Of a DNA stretch of 64,000 bases, positions 1-7,715 are shown piece after piece. How positions within the stretch are numbered: position 1 is the stretch's first letter; every line of letters starts with the position of its first letter. This DNA is from a virus. A program made the translations under genes and the position numbers. Below the pieces are notes generated by a model that made no database searches, was not told where the DNA came from, and worked only from the letters and a program-made list of their open reading frames with translations. The stretch is from positions 32,001-96,000 of IMG/VR virus record IMGVR_UViG_3300045988_121434; one strand, written 5' to 3'.

Positions 1-111
1 CATCAAAGACGGTCGTGTCAGCCCCGTGGTGGCCTCCATGGTGCTTAACCGCTGTTGTCAGATAATTCCTTGCACTGACAAGGCTATTGAAAATCTTGAA
101 AAAATCGAGGT

Positions 112-885
112 ATGGGAGTATTAACGATAAAACAAGTTAAGTCTTTTCTATCGGTGGATGACAGTCAAGACACCGACTATGAAGTTTCCGATGGCAGTGG
201 CTATGGCAGTGGCAATGGCTATGGCAGTGGCAGTGGCTATGGAAGTGGCAATGGCTGTGGCAGTGGCAGTGGCTATGGAAGTGGCTGTGGCTATGGAAGT
301 GGCTGTGGCAGTGGCAATGGCTGTGGCGATGGCAGTGGCTATGGCAAAGGCAACGGCTGTGGCAATGGCTATGGCGATGGCAGTGGCAATGGCAAAGGCG
401 ATGGCTGTGGCGGCGTGAAAGAAATCAATGGGCACGCGGTGTATGTGATTGACAACACGAGAACCATTATAACCTCCACCCATGGCAATGTAGCGCAAGG
501 CTTCATCCTTGAACATAACACGAAATTGGTGCCGTGCTATATTGCCAAGGATAATAATCACTTCGCTCACGGGAAAACATTGCGTGAAGCTTTCGCGTCC
601 CTTCAAGAGAAGCTCTACGACGACAGCACCGAGGAAGAAAGAATACGGGCGTTCAAACGAAAGTTCCCCTCTTACGACACGAAGTACAGCAATCAAGACC
701 TGTTCGTTTACCATCATGTGCTCACGGGCAGTTGCCGCATGGGCAGGGAGTCGTTCGCGAATAGCAGGGGCATCTCGCTTAGCGACAAGACCACCGTCCG
801 AGAGTTCGTCCAGCTCACCAAGGACGCTTACGGTAGCGATATAATCAAAAAGCTGCCAAAGGCTTATGGTCTATCTTGTCTATGA
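112..885 (+). CDS. Gly-X repeat protein with conserved C-terminal domain, function unknown
   Basis: 257-codon ORF. Codons ~28-101 are an unbroken (Gly-X)n run (X = S,Y,N,C,D,K). A non-repetitive ~155-aa domain follows (FAHGKTLREAF, LTGSCRMGRESF). Confidence 0.6.
   Translation: MGVLTIKQVKSFLSVDDSQDTDYEVSDGSGYGSGNGYGSGSGYGSGNGCGSGSGYGSGCGYGSGCGSGNGCGDGSGYGKGNGCGNGYGDGSGNGKGDGCGGVKEINGHAVYVIDNTRTIITSTHGNVAQGFILEHNTKLVPCYIAKDNNHFAHGKTLREAFASLQEKLYDDSTEEERIRAFKRKFPSYDTKYSNQDLFVYHHVLTGSCRMGRESFANSRGISLSDKTTVREFVQLTKDAYGSDIIKKLPKAYGLSCL
193..414 (+). repeat. (GGC-NNT)37 tandem hexanucleotide repeat inside CDS 112..885
   Basis: 37 consecutive GGC-NNT dicodons (GGCAGT, GGCTAT, GGCAAT, GGCTGT and similar). 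It generates spurious ORFs in the other frames and on the other strand. Confidence 0.9.
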
Positions 886-933
886 TAGTCTATCACATCC
901 ATAAAGTCTATTTAGTTTATAACAAAAAAGAAA

Positions 934-1170
934 ATGGAAATATCCGACGACATACAGTTAGGCACGCGCATCACCTTGCAGGTCTCCGAGGGAGGCTGCG
1001 ACGATTGCTTCTTCGCCAAGCTTGACTACGACCTCCGCGTAGATTGCTGCTACCGCATAAAATGCCAGGCCACGCGTCGCAATGATAAAAAAAACGTGGC
1101 ATTCAAATTGGTCGAGGGCAGTGCCACCGAGCCCAACATGCCCATTGAACATAAAAAAACAAAGCCATGA
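934..1170 (+). CDS. hypothetical protein (Cys-containing, 78 aa)
   Basis: ORF in the same orientation as its neighbours; its stop overlaps the next start (ATGA). Confidence 0.45.
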   Translation: MEISDDIQLGTRITLQVSEGGCDDCFFAKLDYDLRVDCCYRIKCQATRRNDKKNVAFKLVEGSATEPNMPIEHKKTKP

Positions 1171-1406
1171 ACAGTAAAAAGCACAATAATAGGGAACAGG
1201 CGATACAAGGGTTCTTGAGGGACTTATGGCATCCCGCCAATGAGCAACCGAAACATTCCAAGTGGATTATGACACAGTTTCTCGACGATGACAATGATAT
1301 TGCCTTTGAGATAGACATTGCCGGGCCTCTTATAGAGTGGAGGGAATATGTCAAGAAGTACAGAATCGTAAAGTGGCTATATGTCGATGACATCTTGCCA
1401 CAGTAA
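1167..1406 (+). CDS. hypothetical protein (79 aa)
   Basis: ORF translationally coupled to the upstream ORF by an ATGA overlap. Confidence 0.5.
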   Translation: MNSKKHNNREQAIQGFLRDLWHPANEQPKHSKWIMTQFLDDDNDIAFEIDIAGPLIEWREYVKKYRIVKWLYVDDILPQ

Positions 1407-1450
1407 GGAGATAAGAAGTTTAACGCCTTCGGGCATAAATGTAAACAATT

Positions 1451-2110
1451 ATGGCATGGTTAGCGGTAGACAAGGACGGTACGGAAAAAGTTTTCGATGT
1501 ACGGCCGTTTAGAGGCAACACGCAGGAAGACAAAGACCACGTGTGGGGGTTGTATGCTGGGGAAGAATACGATAGGTGGTATCCTCAACATGACGAACGC
1601 GAGGATGACACAGGCTATGCTTATTACCGTGGCTACTCGGTAGAGCTGCCCCACGGTACGATAGGCACGCTTATCGGGAAAAAGCTGTCATGGGCGGATG
1701 AACCCGTAGAACTTAAGGAAAAAGCCACAGGCAACAACAAGGTACAATATCAAAAGTGGTTTTGGAGCGACCACATACTCATAACTGATAGCATCAACAA
1801 CGCATCCGTGCAGGTAGCCGTGTTCAACCAGCAGGAGCTAAAAGACGAATATCACGCGGACGCCCTTATTTACGCCCTTTACGTTGACGAATCCTGCCGC
1901 AAGCGCGGCATCGGCAAGGGACTTCTCGAACAGGCCGAACGGCTCGCACATGACCATCACTGCCGCGTGGTGGCTCTCGAATGGGAAGAACAGGCAACCC
2001 CACGATGGACGCTCGAATGGTATCTTAGACAAGGCTATAAAGACACACGGTTAGGGACTGATTGCACCCTGCTTGTTAAAGACCTGCGGAAAGGAGGCAA
2101 CGATGGATAG
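1451..2110 (+). CDS. two-domain protein with C-terminal GNAT N-acetyltransferase domain
   Basis: The C-terminal half has the GNAT motif A (ALYVDESCRKRGIGKGLLEQAERLA). It is a paralogue of the ORF at 8477..8830. Confidence 0.75.
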   Translation: MAWLAVDKDGTEKVFDVRPFRGNTQEDKDHVWGLYAGEEYDRWYPQHDEREDDTGYAYYRGYSVELPHGTIGTLIGKKLSWADEPVELKEKATGNNKVQYQKWFWSDHILITDSINNASVQVAVFNQQELKDEYHADALIYALYVDESCRKRGIGKGLLEQAERLAHDHHCRVVALEWEEQATPRWTLEWYLRQGYKDTRLGTDCTLLVKDLRKGGNDG

Positions 2111-2324
2111 TAACGCGTGTGATAATACCTTAGTTTTCGGTAGTTGCTACATAAGAAGCAGCATCGAAGTTCCCTCTCTGACCGCTGGAAGAGCCAAATG
2201 GAAAGCCTTTTACAGGAAGTTCCCTTGGCTCAAAGGTCAGCCTTTTTACCTCAGACGCTCATGTTACTGGGCAGGTGGCGAGAGGCATCTAAAGGCAATA
2301 AAGATTAAACTCAAAAAGATATAG
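2103..2324 (+). CDS. hypothetical basic protein (73 aa)
   Basis: The ATG overlaps the end of the GNAT gene; the track ORF 2073..2324 has the same frame. Confidence 0.3.
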   Translation: MDSNACDNTLVFGSCYIRSSIEVPSLTAGRAKWKAFYRKFPWLKGQPFYLRRSCYWAGGERHLKAIKIKLKKI

Positions 2325-2731
2325 TTATGGCAAAACCTTACAGAATCAAACACAAGGCAAGTGGATATTGCGACGATGGACAAGATTAGCGAATTGTCAT
2401 ACCTCCACCTCATAGCACAGCTCGAAGAAGAAAACAAGCTCTTGCGAGACGAGGCAAAACACCTACGCCTCACGATTAAGGATTACTTAAACAAAAAAAC
2501 GCATGAAAATCAGACTGGCAAAGAAAATAATGAACACGAGGACAGACCGCCTTGCCCCCTATTGGTATGACAGGTTGGTTGATACCTTGGTAACTCAAAC
2601 AAGAATAGACCATCGAATCAAAAAGGCGGCAATGCTAATAAGCAAGTACAATTACAGAAAATTCAACAAGCAGTAAACTACCTACAGGCTAAAGACCTAT
2701 GGGTTTTACGGCGCTCAATATAAATGATAAT

Positions 2732-3136
2732 ATGAGAACAATTAAATTTCGTGGCAAAGACATCTTTACTGATGCTTGGCGATATGGTGACTTGGTTCAC
2801 AACCAGAAAGTAACAGCAACTGGCTTAGAGCCTCGTACAATGGTTGGTGGGTATGAGGTTGACCCAGAGACTGTTGGCAATAACACTGGACTGAAAGACA
2901 AGAACGGCAAGGAGATATATGACGGTGATATACTCGCCCACAATGGCAAGGTTATCGGTCATGTTGTTGACGGTGTGCGTGGTTACTGCTTCGATGTGGT
3001 GTATGCCAACCCTGTAAGCGAAAGCACATGGTCGTTATATGGAGTCGTTTTTTACGATTATAAAGGCGATGTAGAGATTGTAGGCTCCATCCACGATAAG
3101 GAATGGCAGGAGAAGTTGAATTTACCATCTGTATAG
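2732..3136 (+). CDS. YopX-family phage protein
   Basis: MRTIKFRGKD...NTGLKDKNGKEIYDGDIL matches the YopX signature from memory. The track ORF begins at 2699, but the internal ATG at 2732 fits the family N-terminus. Confidence 0.75.
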   Translation: MRTIKFRGKDIFTDAWRYGDLVHNQKVTATGLEPRTMVGGYEVDPETVGNNTGLKDKNGKEIYDGDILAHNGKVIGHVVDGVRGYCFDVVYANPVSESTWSLYGVVFYDYKGDVEIVGSIHDKEWQEKLNLPSV

Positions 3137-3140
3137 TCCT

Positions 3141-3380
3141 ATGAAAGCAAGAATTAGAAACAAGGTTTTTCGCAATCGGTGGCGAATGAATTACACGCTT
3201 GGGCAGATATTCGAGGCTGCAAGAGGAACGACTCTTTGGATTTATCCGGGCAACGGATATATGTATCATTTGAACTACCACAACGGAAATGTATATAAAA
3301 CCGCACAAGACGACTATGACCATGGTCGTTTTGTGATGGTTAACCGTCGCCCTAAACGTAAGTCTAACCGTCGAACATAA
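3141..3380 (+). CDS. hypothetical basic protein (79 aa)
   Basis: ORF only. Confidence 0.4.
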   Translation: MKARIRNKVFRNRWRMNYTLGQIFEAARGTTLWIYPGNGYMYHLNYHNGNVYKTAQDDYDHGRFVMVNRRPKRKSNRRT

Positions 3381-3394
3381 CAGTATTTATAGAT

Positions 3395-3481
3395 ATGAGA
3401 ACAATTAAGTTTAAGGCTAAGACATTGAAGGATGGCGAATACTTTAAGACTGAAGAAGAAAAGGAGGCCGACAATGATTAA
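3395..3481 (+). pseudogene. 28-codon remnant of a second YopX gene (N-terminus only)
   Basis: It starts MRTIKFKAK, nearly identical to the start of the YopX ORF at 2732, then stops after 28 codons. Confidence 0.4.
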
Positions 3482-3935
3482 AGCAGAAGACCTTAGAATA
3501 GGCGACATTGTGCAGACAAACAAAGACTGCATGTTTCCGAAAGACACATTGTGCATCGTTACCGAAATCCATCCCGACCGACAGTTTAATGACAAAAAGG
3601 GAGTCGTCAGTCTGAAGGCTGTCAACGACGAAGACGACGGTCCCTGGGGGACATGGTGCTGCAACATCGATGGCGTGCCCATCACGCCCGAAATACTTCG
3701 CAATAATGACTTTAAGGAAGAAGTCGAAGGCAAATACTTCACAAGGCCAATCAAAGTCAGAGCAGGCAGTTCCCTTGCCAGATATTTGGCTGTAGAACGA
3801 AAAAAATACGCTTGGGCAATATTCATAAAGTATTACAACGTGACAGGCTATGCACTCTTATGTCATGTAAAGTACGTTCACGAACTACGGCTCGCCCTTA
3901 AAATAGTAAAATTTAATCCGGAAATGAAAGTATAA
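3474..3935 (+). CDS. hypothetical phage protein (153 aa)
   Basis: Track ORF 3432..3935. The ATG at 3474 (MIKAEDLRIGD) is the more plausible start. Confidence 0.5.
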   Translation: MIKAEDLRIGDIVQTNKDCMFPKDTLCIVTEIHPDRQFNDKKGVVSLKAVNDEDDGPWGTWCCNIDGVPITPEILRNNDFKEEVEGKYFTRPIKVRAGSSLARYLAVERKKYAWAIFIKYYNVTGYALLCHVKYVHELRLALKIVKFNPEMKV

Positions 3936-3963
3936 TGTGGATGAATAAGTAAGTAACAAAACA

Positions 3964-4098
3964 ATGACTGACATTAAGATTTCGGTGCATCCGTTTGGCC
4001 ATAAGCTCGAATGGCGAGGATGGGGGGGTAACTTCTCGCCTGCTCTACGAGCCACCGACTACAAATGCCCTCACTGTATAATGATTGAATATGACTAA
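3964..4098 (+). CDS. C5-MTase TRD-like micro-ORF A1 (44 aa)
   Basis: MTDIKISVHPFGHKLEWRGWGGNFSPALRATDYKCPHCIMIEYD. It has an SPALRA..K loop typical of C5-MTase TRDs and contains a G7 tract. Its stop overlaps the next ATG (GAATATGACTAA). Confidence 0.6.
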   Translation: MTDIKISVHPFGHKLEWRGWGGNFSPALRATDYKCPHCIMIEYD

Positions 4099-4225
4099 GC
4101 AACACCCATTCGATGATTTTCATCAGCGCATTCATTGGGACGGCAACTCCATCGGAACCGTTACCCAGCAATGGGGCAATCCTGCGCCGAGGCACGGATG
4201 GCGAATAATGACAGAATATGATTAA
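4091..4225 (+). CDS. C5-MTase TRD-like micro-ORF A2 (44 aa)
   Basis: ...DGNSIGTVTQQWGNPAPRHGWRIMTEYD, ending at the junction GAATATGATTAA. Confidence 0.5.
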   Translation: MTKQHPFDDFHQRIHWDGNSIGTVTQQWGNPAPRHGWRIMTEYD

Positions 4226-4547
4226 CCCTCACACGCCCCGCTACAAGCGCGGCACCATCACCAAGGACGGCAAGCTATACGGACGCTATCCCGACGGTTC
4301 GCTCTACCGCATCTACTCCACCTCTGACCGACCCTTCCTTCAGATTGTTGACCGCAAGGGCGAGACGTTCCTTCGCATACGCCAAGCCACCGAGCAGGGC
4401 TATACCGACTGCCCTTGCCCTGGTGCTGCCGACCTCAGCTATTCCTCCTCGGCTCTAAGGCGCAGCAGGACGGTTGGGGGGGGGGGTAAGCTGGTGAACG
4501 CTCTGACCGCAGCAAGCGGAGGGGCGTGCGTGTTTGTTGAATTATGA
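4218..4547 (+). CDS. C5-MTase TRD-like ORF A3 (109 aa)
   Basis: ...LSYSSSALRRSRTVGGGGKLVNALTAASGGACVFVEL. The GGGG is encoded by a G11 tract (4476-4486). The ORF ends VEL-TGA, overlapping an ATG. Confidence 0.6.
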   Translation: MINPHTPRYKRGTITKDGKLYGRYPDGSLYRIYSTSDRPFLQIVDRKGETFLRIRQATEQGYTDCPCPGAADLSYSSSALRRSRTVGGGGKLVNALTAASGGACVFVEL

Positions 4548-4554
4548 CTTGAAT

Positions 4555-4731
4555 ATGCTTAGAGCAAAGGCAATATCAATAATGGTGAAAAAGGTGGAGC
4601 AGACCATGGTGTTTCAGAACATGCAAGCCAAAGGTCTGATAACGCCTCGCTCGCTTGATGGCGAATGTTTTACTCTTACGTCTGCAATGGGATTAGGGGG
4701 GGCAAACGCCTGTAATAGTAAAGGTATATGA
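4555..4731 (+). CDS. C5-MTase TRD-like micro-ORF A4, C-terminus out of canonical frame at a G7 tract
   Basis: ...GECFTLTSAMGLGG, then ANACNSKGI-stop. With 6 instead of 7 G at 4696-4702 it would read LGGQTPVIVKVYD-stop (4735), ending at the canonical junction TATATGACTAA. The track ORF starts at TTG 4534. Confidence 0.5.
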   Translation: MLRAKAISIMVKKVEQTMVFQNMQAKGLITPRSLDGECFTLTSAMGLGGANACNSKGI

Positions 4732-4859
4732 CTAAATACGACCTCTACCAATATCCTCGTGGCTACAACGACGGAGGTAGATTAGGCACTGACGTTTGCC
4801 CGACCTTGACAATCAATTCGTGGCAGCAAAATGTATTTCTGATTGAAGAATATGAATAA
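4728..4859 (+). CDS. C5-MTase TRD-like micro-ORF A5 (43 aa)
   Basis: MTKYDLYQYPRGYNDGGRLGTDVCPTLTINSWQQNVFLIEEYE. It has a CPTLT loop and ends at the junction GAATATGAATAA. Confidence 0.65.
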   Translation: MTKYDLYQYPRGYNDGGRLGTDVCPTLTINSWQQNVFLIEEYE

Positions 4860-4871
4860 AGCAAAGACAAT

Positions 4872-6200
4872 ATGATCACAAAACTCAATTTCACCGACCG
4901 CACCATCAAGAGCTATGCTATCCGTAAGCTCACGCCAAAGGAGTGTTTCCGCTTGATGGGCGTTCGCGACAACGTAATCGGCACGATGCAGAGCAGCAAT
5001 GCCCAAGCAGCCGAACGTTTGCCCGACTGGAAGGGCAAGGGCAAACCCGAAGACATGGCTATATCTGCCTCACAGCAGTACAAGCAAGCCGGAAACTCAA
5101 TCGTGGTGGACGTGTTGGCCCACATCTACGAGCAACTTTTCTATCCCGCACCGCCCAAGCCCCGCAAGCAGGAACAGCTCACGCTCTTCGCCGACCTTGA
5201 TGACTCGCTGCCCGCCATGCCACCAACAGCCGGAGAACGTGGTAAGGAAAATCTTTTCCTCACCACGTTCTCCGGCTACGACTCGCAGCTCATGGCAGCC
5301 GACGTGCTATGCGAGTGGCATCCCGACTTCCGATGGACATGCGTAGGATGGAGCGACATCGACAAATACGCCTGTCAGATGCACAACCTCGTCTTCCCTC
5401 AGTTTGCCGACTGCGCCCTTGGCGACATCACCAAGATTGACTGGCATGAGGTGAAACGCTCGCTCCATGGGCGCGAGGTTGACATCTTCACCTATTCCTC
5501 GCCTTGCCAGGACATCAGCCAAGCCGGAAAGCAAATGGGACTGAAAGAGGGCAGCGACACACGAAGCGCCCTGCTTTGGCGAGTGGCAGATGCCGTGGAG
5601 GTGTTGCGCCCGAAATATCTCTTGCAGGAGAACGTGGCGGCACTGGTAAGCTCGAAGTTCATGCCCGACTTTCAGAAGTGGCTCGACAAACTCTCCTCGC
5701 TCGGCTATGTGAGCCGTTGGGCGCGACTCAACGCAAAGAACTATGGTGTGCCACAAAACCGCGATCGTGTGTTCTGCATTTCCATGCGCAAAGACGTAGC
5801 CTTCGACTATCAGTTTCCCGAACCCTTCGAGCTGCGCACCCGACTGGAGGACGTGTTGGAAAATGAGGTAGCCGACCGTTATTTCCTAAAAGACGATGCC
5901 GTGAGCAAGTTTCTCAAGGCTAACGACTCCGACAACGCCCTATTCATGCAGTTCGACCTGCCACCGACACACGAGGCAGCGATGTTCCTCAAGACCGTGC
6001 TTCAGATATTCATGGAGCGTCACGACGGATGGGACGAAGGCATTGAGTGGAACGAGAAGGAGCTGAGCTATCGTCGCCCAACCATCGCCCGTCTCTACGA
6101 AAAGTTCAAGGAGAACCCAAAGAAACTGGACGTGGAATATTGGCGCGGCTTTTACAAGATGTTTAAGGAGAATATGGAGAGGAATAAGGATGCGAACTGA
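4872..6200 (+). CDS. circularly permuted DNA (cytosine-5)-methyltransferase catalytic core
   Basis: Motifs appear in the order IX (IRKLTPKECFRLMGV), X (QAGNSIVVDVL), Pro-rich linker, I (LFLTTFSGYDSQ), II (WSDIDKYA), IV (SSPCQDIS), VI (LLQENV), VIII (GVPQNRDRVF). The tail is the usual start of the variable region (LEDVLENEVADRYFL). Confidence 0.9.
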   Translation: MITKLNFTDRTIKSYAIRKLTPKECFRLMGVRDNVIGTMQSSNAQAAERLPDWKGKGKPEDMAISASQQYKQAGNSIVVDVLAHIYEQLFYPAPPKPRKQEQLTLFADLDDSLPAMPPTAGERGKENLFLTTFSGYDSQLMAADVLCEWHPDFRWTCVGWSDIDKYACQMHNLVFPQFADCALGDITKIDWHEVKRSLHGREVDIFTYSSPCQDISQAGKQMGLKEGSDTRSALLWRVADAVEVLRPKYLLQENVAALVSSKFMPDFQKWLDKLSSLGYVSRWARLNAKNYGVPQNRDRVFCISMRKDVAFDYQFPEPFELRTRLEDVLENEVADRYFLKDDAVSKFLKANDSDNALFMQFDLPPTHEAAMFLKTVLQIFMERHDGWDEGIEWNEKELSYRRPTIARLYEKFKENPKKLDVEYWRGFYKMFKENMERNKDAN

Positions 6201-6381
6201 CAACCCACCCGACCGTGTAATCCATATCATAGCTGATATGATTATGGGTGGCAGGTTGCTCACCTGCCCTGCCTCGATGTTCAGTGCAGAACGCTGCAAC
6301 GGAGCCTTTCACGGCATAGCAATAACCATCATGTCGCGCACCGATTGCAGCGACGTGTTCTTTGTAGCAGTAGAATTATGA
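6190..6381 (+). CDS. C5-MTase TRD-like micro-ORF B1 (63 aa)
   Basis: ...NGAFHGIAITIMSRTDCSDVFFVAVEL. The GIAIT loop resembles the HhaI-type loop. The start overlaps the core stop, and the ORF ends VEL-TGA overlapping an ATG. Confidence 0.55.
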   Translation: MRTDNPPDRVIHIIADMIMGGRLLTCPASMFSAERCNGAFHGIAITIMSRTDCSDVFFVAVEL

Positions 6382-6526
6382 AGAAAACCAACCCGTGTCA
6401 CGCAATACAAAATGGGGGGGTACGATTGCGCCTGCAATTACTTCCCACTATTTTAAGGCTGGTGTGCGAGACTTCCTCTTTGCCCTTGCCATACCACATT
6501 GTTGTTTGATAGTAGAATATGAATAA
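6378..6526 (+). CDS. C5-MTase TRD-like micro-ORF B2, frame broken at a G7 tract
   Basis: The ATG frame reads MKKTNPCHAIQNGG. With 8 instead of 7 G at 6414-6420 it continues GTIAPAITSHYFKAGVRDFLFALAIPHCCLIVEYE-stop at the junction GAATATGAATAA. Confidence 0.45.
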
Positions 6527-6671
6527 CAACCCTCGCCCTATCATCCTCGGCTCTTACAGTCCCTCGCAGAACGGCATCATCGTGTCACCACACGGCATAG
6601 CCTTGTGCATAGCCGGGGGAGGTAAGGGTCACGATGTGGATAAACCGAAAATACTGATAGAGTATGACTGA
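6519..6671 (+). CDS. C5-MTase TRD-like micro-ORF B3 (50 aa)
   Basis: MNNNPRPIILGSYSPSQNGIIVSPHGIALCIAGGGKGHDVDKPKILIEYD, ending at the junction GAGTATGACTGA. Confidence 0.65.
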   Translation: MNNNPRPIILGSYSPSQNGIIVSPHGIALCIAGGGKGHDVDKPKILIEYD

Positions 6672-6843
6672 CAAGTATTACATTGGCTGGGTACGCAGCG
6701 GCAAGGACGGCAAGGGCCTCGTAAAGAGCAGACCGCGCAAGCAGATAGCCAATGCCGTGACGACAATGGTCGGAAGAGGTATTGCCGACCCTCGCGACGG
6801 ACTCGGCAACACCACACCGCATATAGTATATGAATTTGAGTAA
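6664..6843 (+). CDS. C5-MTase TRD-like micro-ORF B4 (59 aa)
   Basis: ...RKQIANAVTTMVGRGIADPRDGLGNTTPHIVYEFE. Confidence 0.55.
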   Translation: MTDKYYIGWVRSGKDGKGLVKSRPRKQIANAVTTMVGRGIADPRDGLGNTTPHIVYEFE

Positions 6844-6860
6844 CCCATAAAACAAAAAAA

Positions 6861-7241
6861 ATGGAAAAAGACAAAAACGTAGAGATAGGCCGTGCTCTCG
6901 CCAATTTTGATATGGCCTGTCGCAATTTGGTCAACCTTGTCAACGACCAACTCTTCGAGACCTCCCGCTCACCCTACTGGGTAGCCGACGAGGTAGGAGG
7001 CATCTGCGACTTCGGCGATACCGACTTCCTCACGCCCGAAGAAATGGTGCTCATTCTCGAACACGGCGTCAGCTACGACGACTATGTAGAGTGGCGCGAA
7101 GCCAACATCAAGTATGGCGACACCAAAGGCTACATCAAACTCAAGTCATGGCTCCGCGGATGCCGACACGACCGTGTGGAGGGTGCAAATACCAAGACAA
7201 ACTGCATCGCCCCAGTCCGTGGCCGTGGAGTAATTCGATAA
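6861..7241 (+). CDS. hypothetical protein (126 aa) embedded in the TRD array
   Basis: ORF with a non-TRD-like N-terminal 100 aa. Its 3' end overlaps a cryptic TRD-like frame (7148..7285). Confidence 0.5.
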   Translation: MEKDKNVEIGRALANFDMACRNLVNLVNDQLFETSRSPYWVADEVGGICDFGDTDFLTPEEMVLILEHGVSYDDYVEWREANIKYGDTKGYIKLKSWLRGCRHDRVEGANTKTNCIAPVRGRGVIR

Positions 7242-7266
7242 CAACAGTAACAAAAGACAACCTCCT

Positions 7267-7440
7267 ATGCTACACTTTCGCATAGCAGCCTTTCGAGGCC
7301 GTGACCCCGACAATCCGTCCGACCGCAAGCATCCCTCCTGCGGTCGTTTCCGTCAGCGCATGGAGATAAATGCGTTGGGTACGACCAACACGCTTACGTC
7401 AGTAGGCAAGGATAATATGGCATATATAGAGTATGAATAA
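7267..7440 (+). CDS. C5-MTase TRD-like micro-ORF B5 (57 aa)
   Basis: MLHFRIAAFRGRDPDNPSDRKHPSCGRFRQRMEINALGTTNTLTSVGKDNMAYIEYE. It shows the RGR...NTLTSVxKDN TRD pattern and ends at the junction GAGTATGAATAA. Confidence 0.65.
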   Translation: MLHFRIAAFRGRDPDNPSDRKHPSCGRFRQRMEINALGTTNTLTSVGKDNMAYIEYE

Positions 7441-7582
7441 TCAAACCCCATTCGTGCAACGCCTCTCTCGCCTCTGCCCACGTCGGGGGTACTCCACCGC
7501 CCTGTCCGCACGCTACGACGGATGGGCAGGGCTCTACGACGAGCACGGACAGCACACCATTGTATTGATAGAGTATGAATAA
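7433..7582 (+). CDS. C5-MTase TRD-like micro-ORF B6 (49 aa)
   Basis: ...RGYSTALSARYDGWAGLYDEHGQHTIVLIEYE. The TALSARY loop resembles the Dcm/EcoRII-type TLSARY loop. Confidence 0.6.
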   Translation: MNNQTPFVQRLSRLCPRRGYSTALSARYDGWAGLYDEHGQHTIVLIEYE

Positions 7583-7715
7583 GTACATACAAAATTGTCC
7601 GTCAGGTATCTGTTGCGTTCTGACCTCTCATTACGCAAGAGAAGGATGGGCGAACATAGCAAGCAATACAACATCACAATGCAAAGCACCCACAATATTG
7701 ATAGAGTATGAATAA
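7575..7715 (+). CDS. C5-MTase TRD-like micro-ORF B7 (46 aa)
   Basis: MNKYIQNCPSGICCVLTSHYAREGWANIASNTTSQCKAPTILIEYE. The VLTSHYxxxG loop is similar to that of B2. Confidence 0.55.
   Translation: MNKYIQNCPSGICCVLTSHYAREGWANIASNTTSQCKAPTILIEYE

Noticed and set aside
148-717. Long ORFs on the opposite strand and in alternative frames over the Gly-X repeat (148..717 minus, 158..418 plus), translating as AIATAIA / AVAMAVA runs.
   Set aside because: They are frame echoes of the (GGC-NNT)n repeat. Only the 112..885 frame continues into a non-repetitive, protein-like domain.
4545-4560. TGA readthrough joining cassette A3 to a downstream LEYA-TAG ending (VFVEL-W-LEYA).
   Set aside because: The same VEL-stop ending occurs at B1 (TGA) and B8 (TAA), so it is a genuine alternative C-terminus. 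The ATGACT-TGAATATG sequence is better explained as a deletion scar between two junctions.
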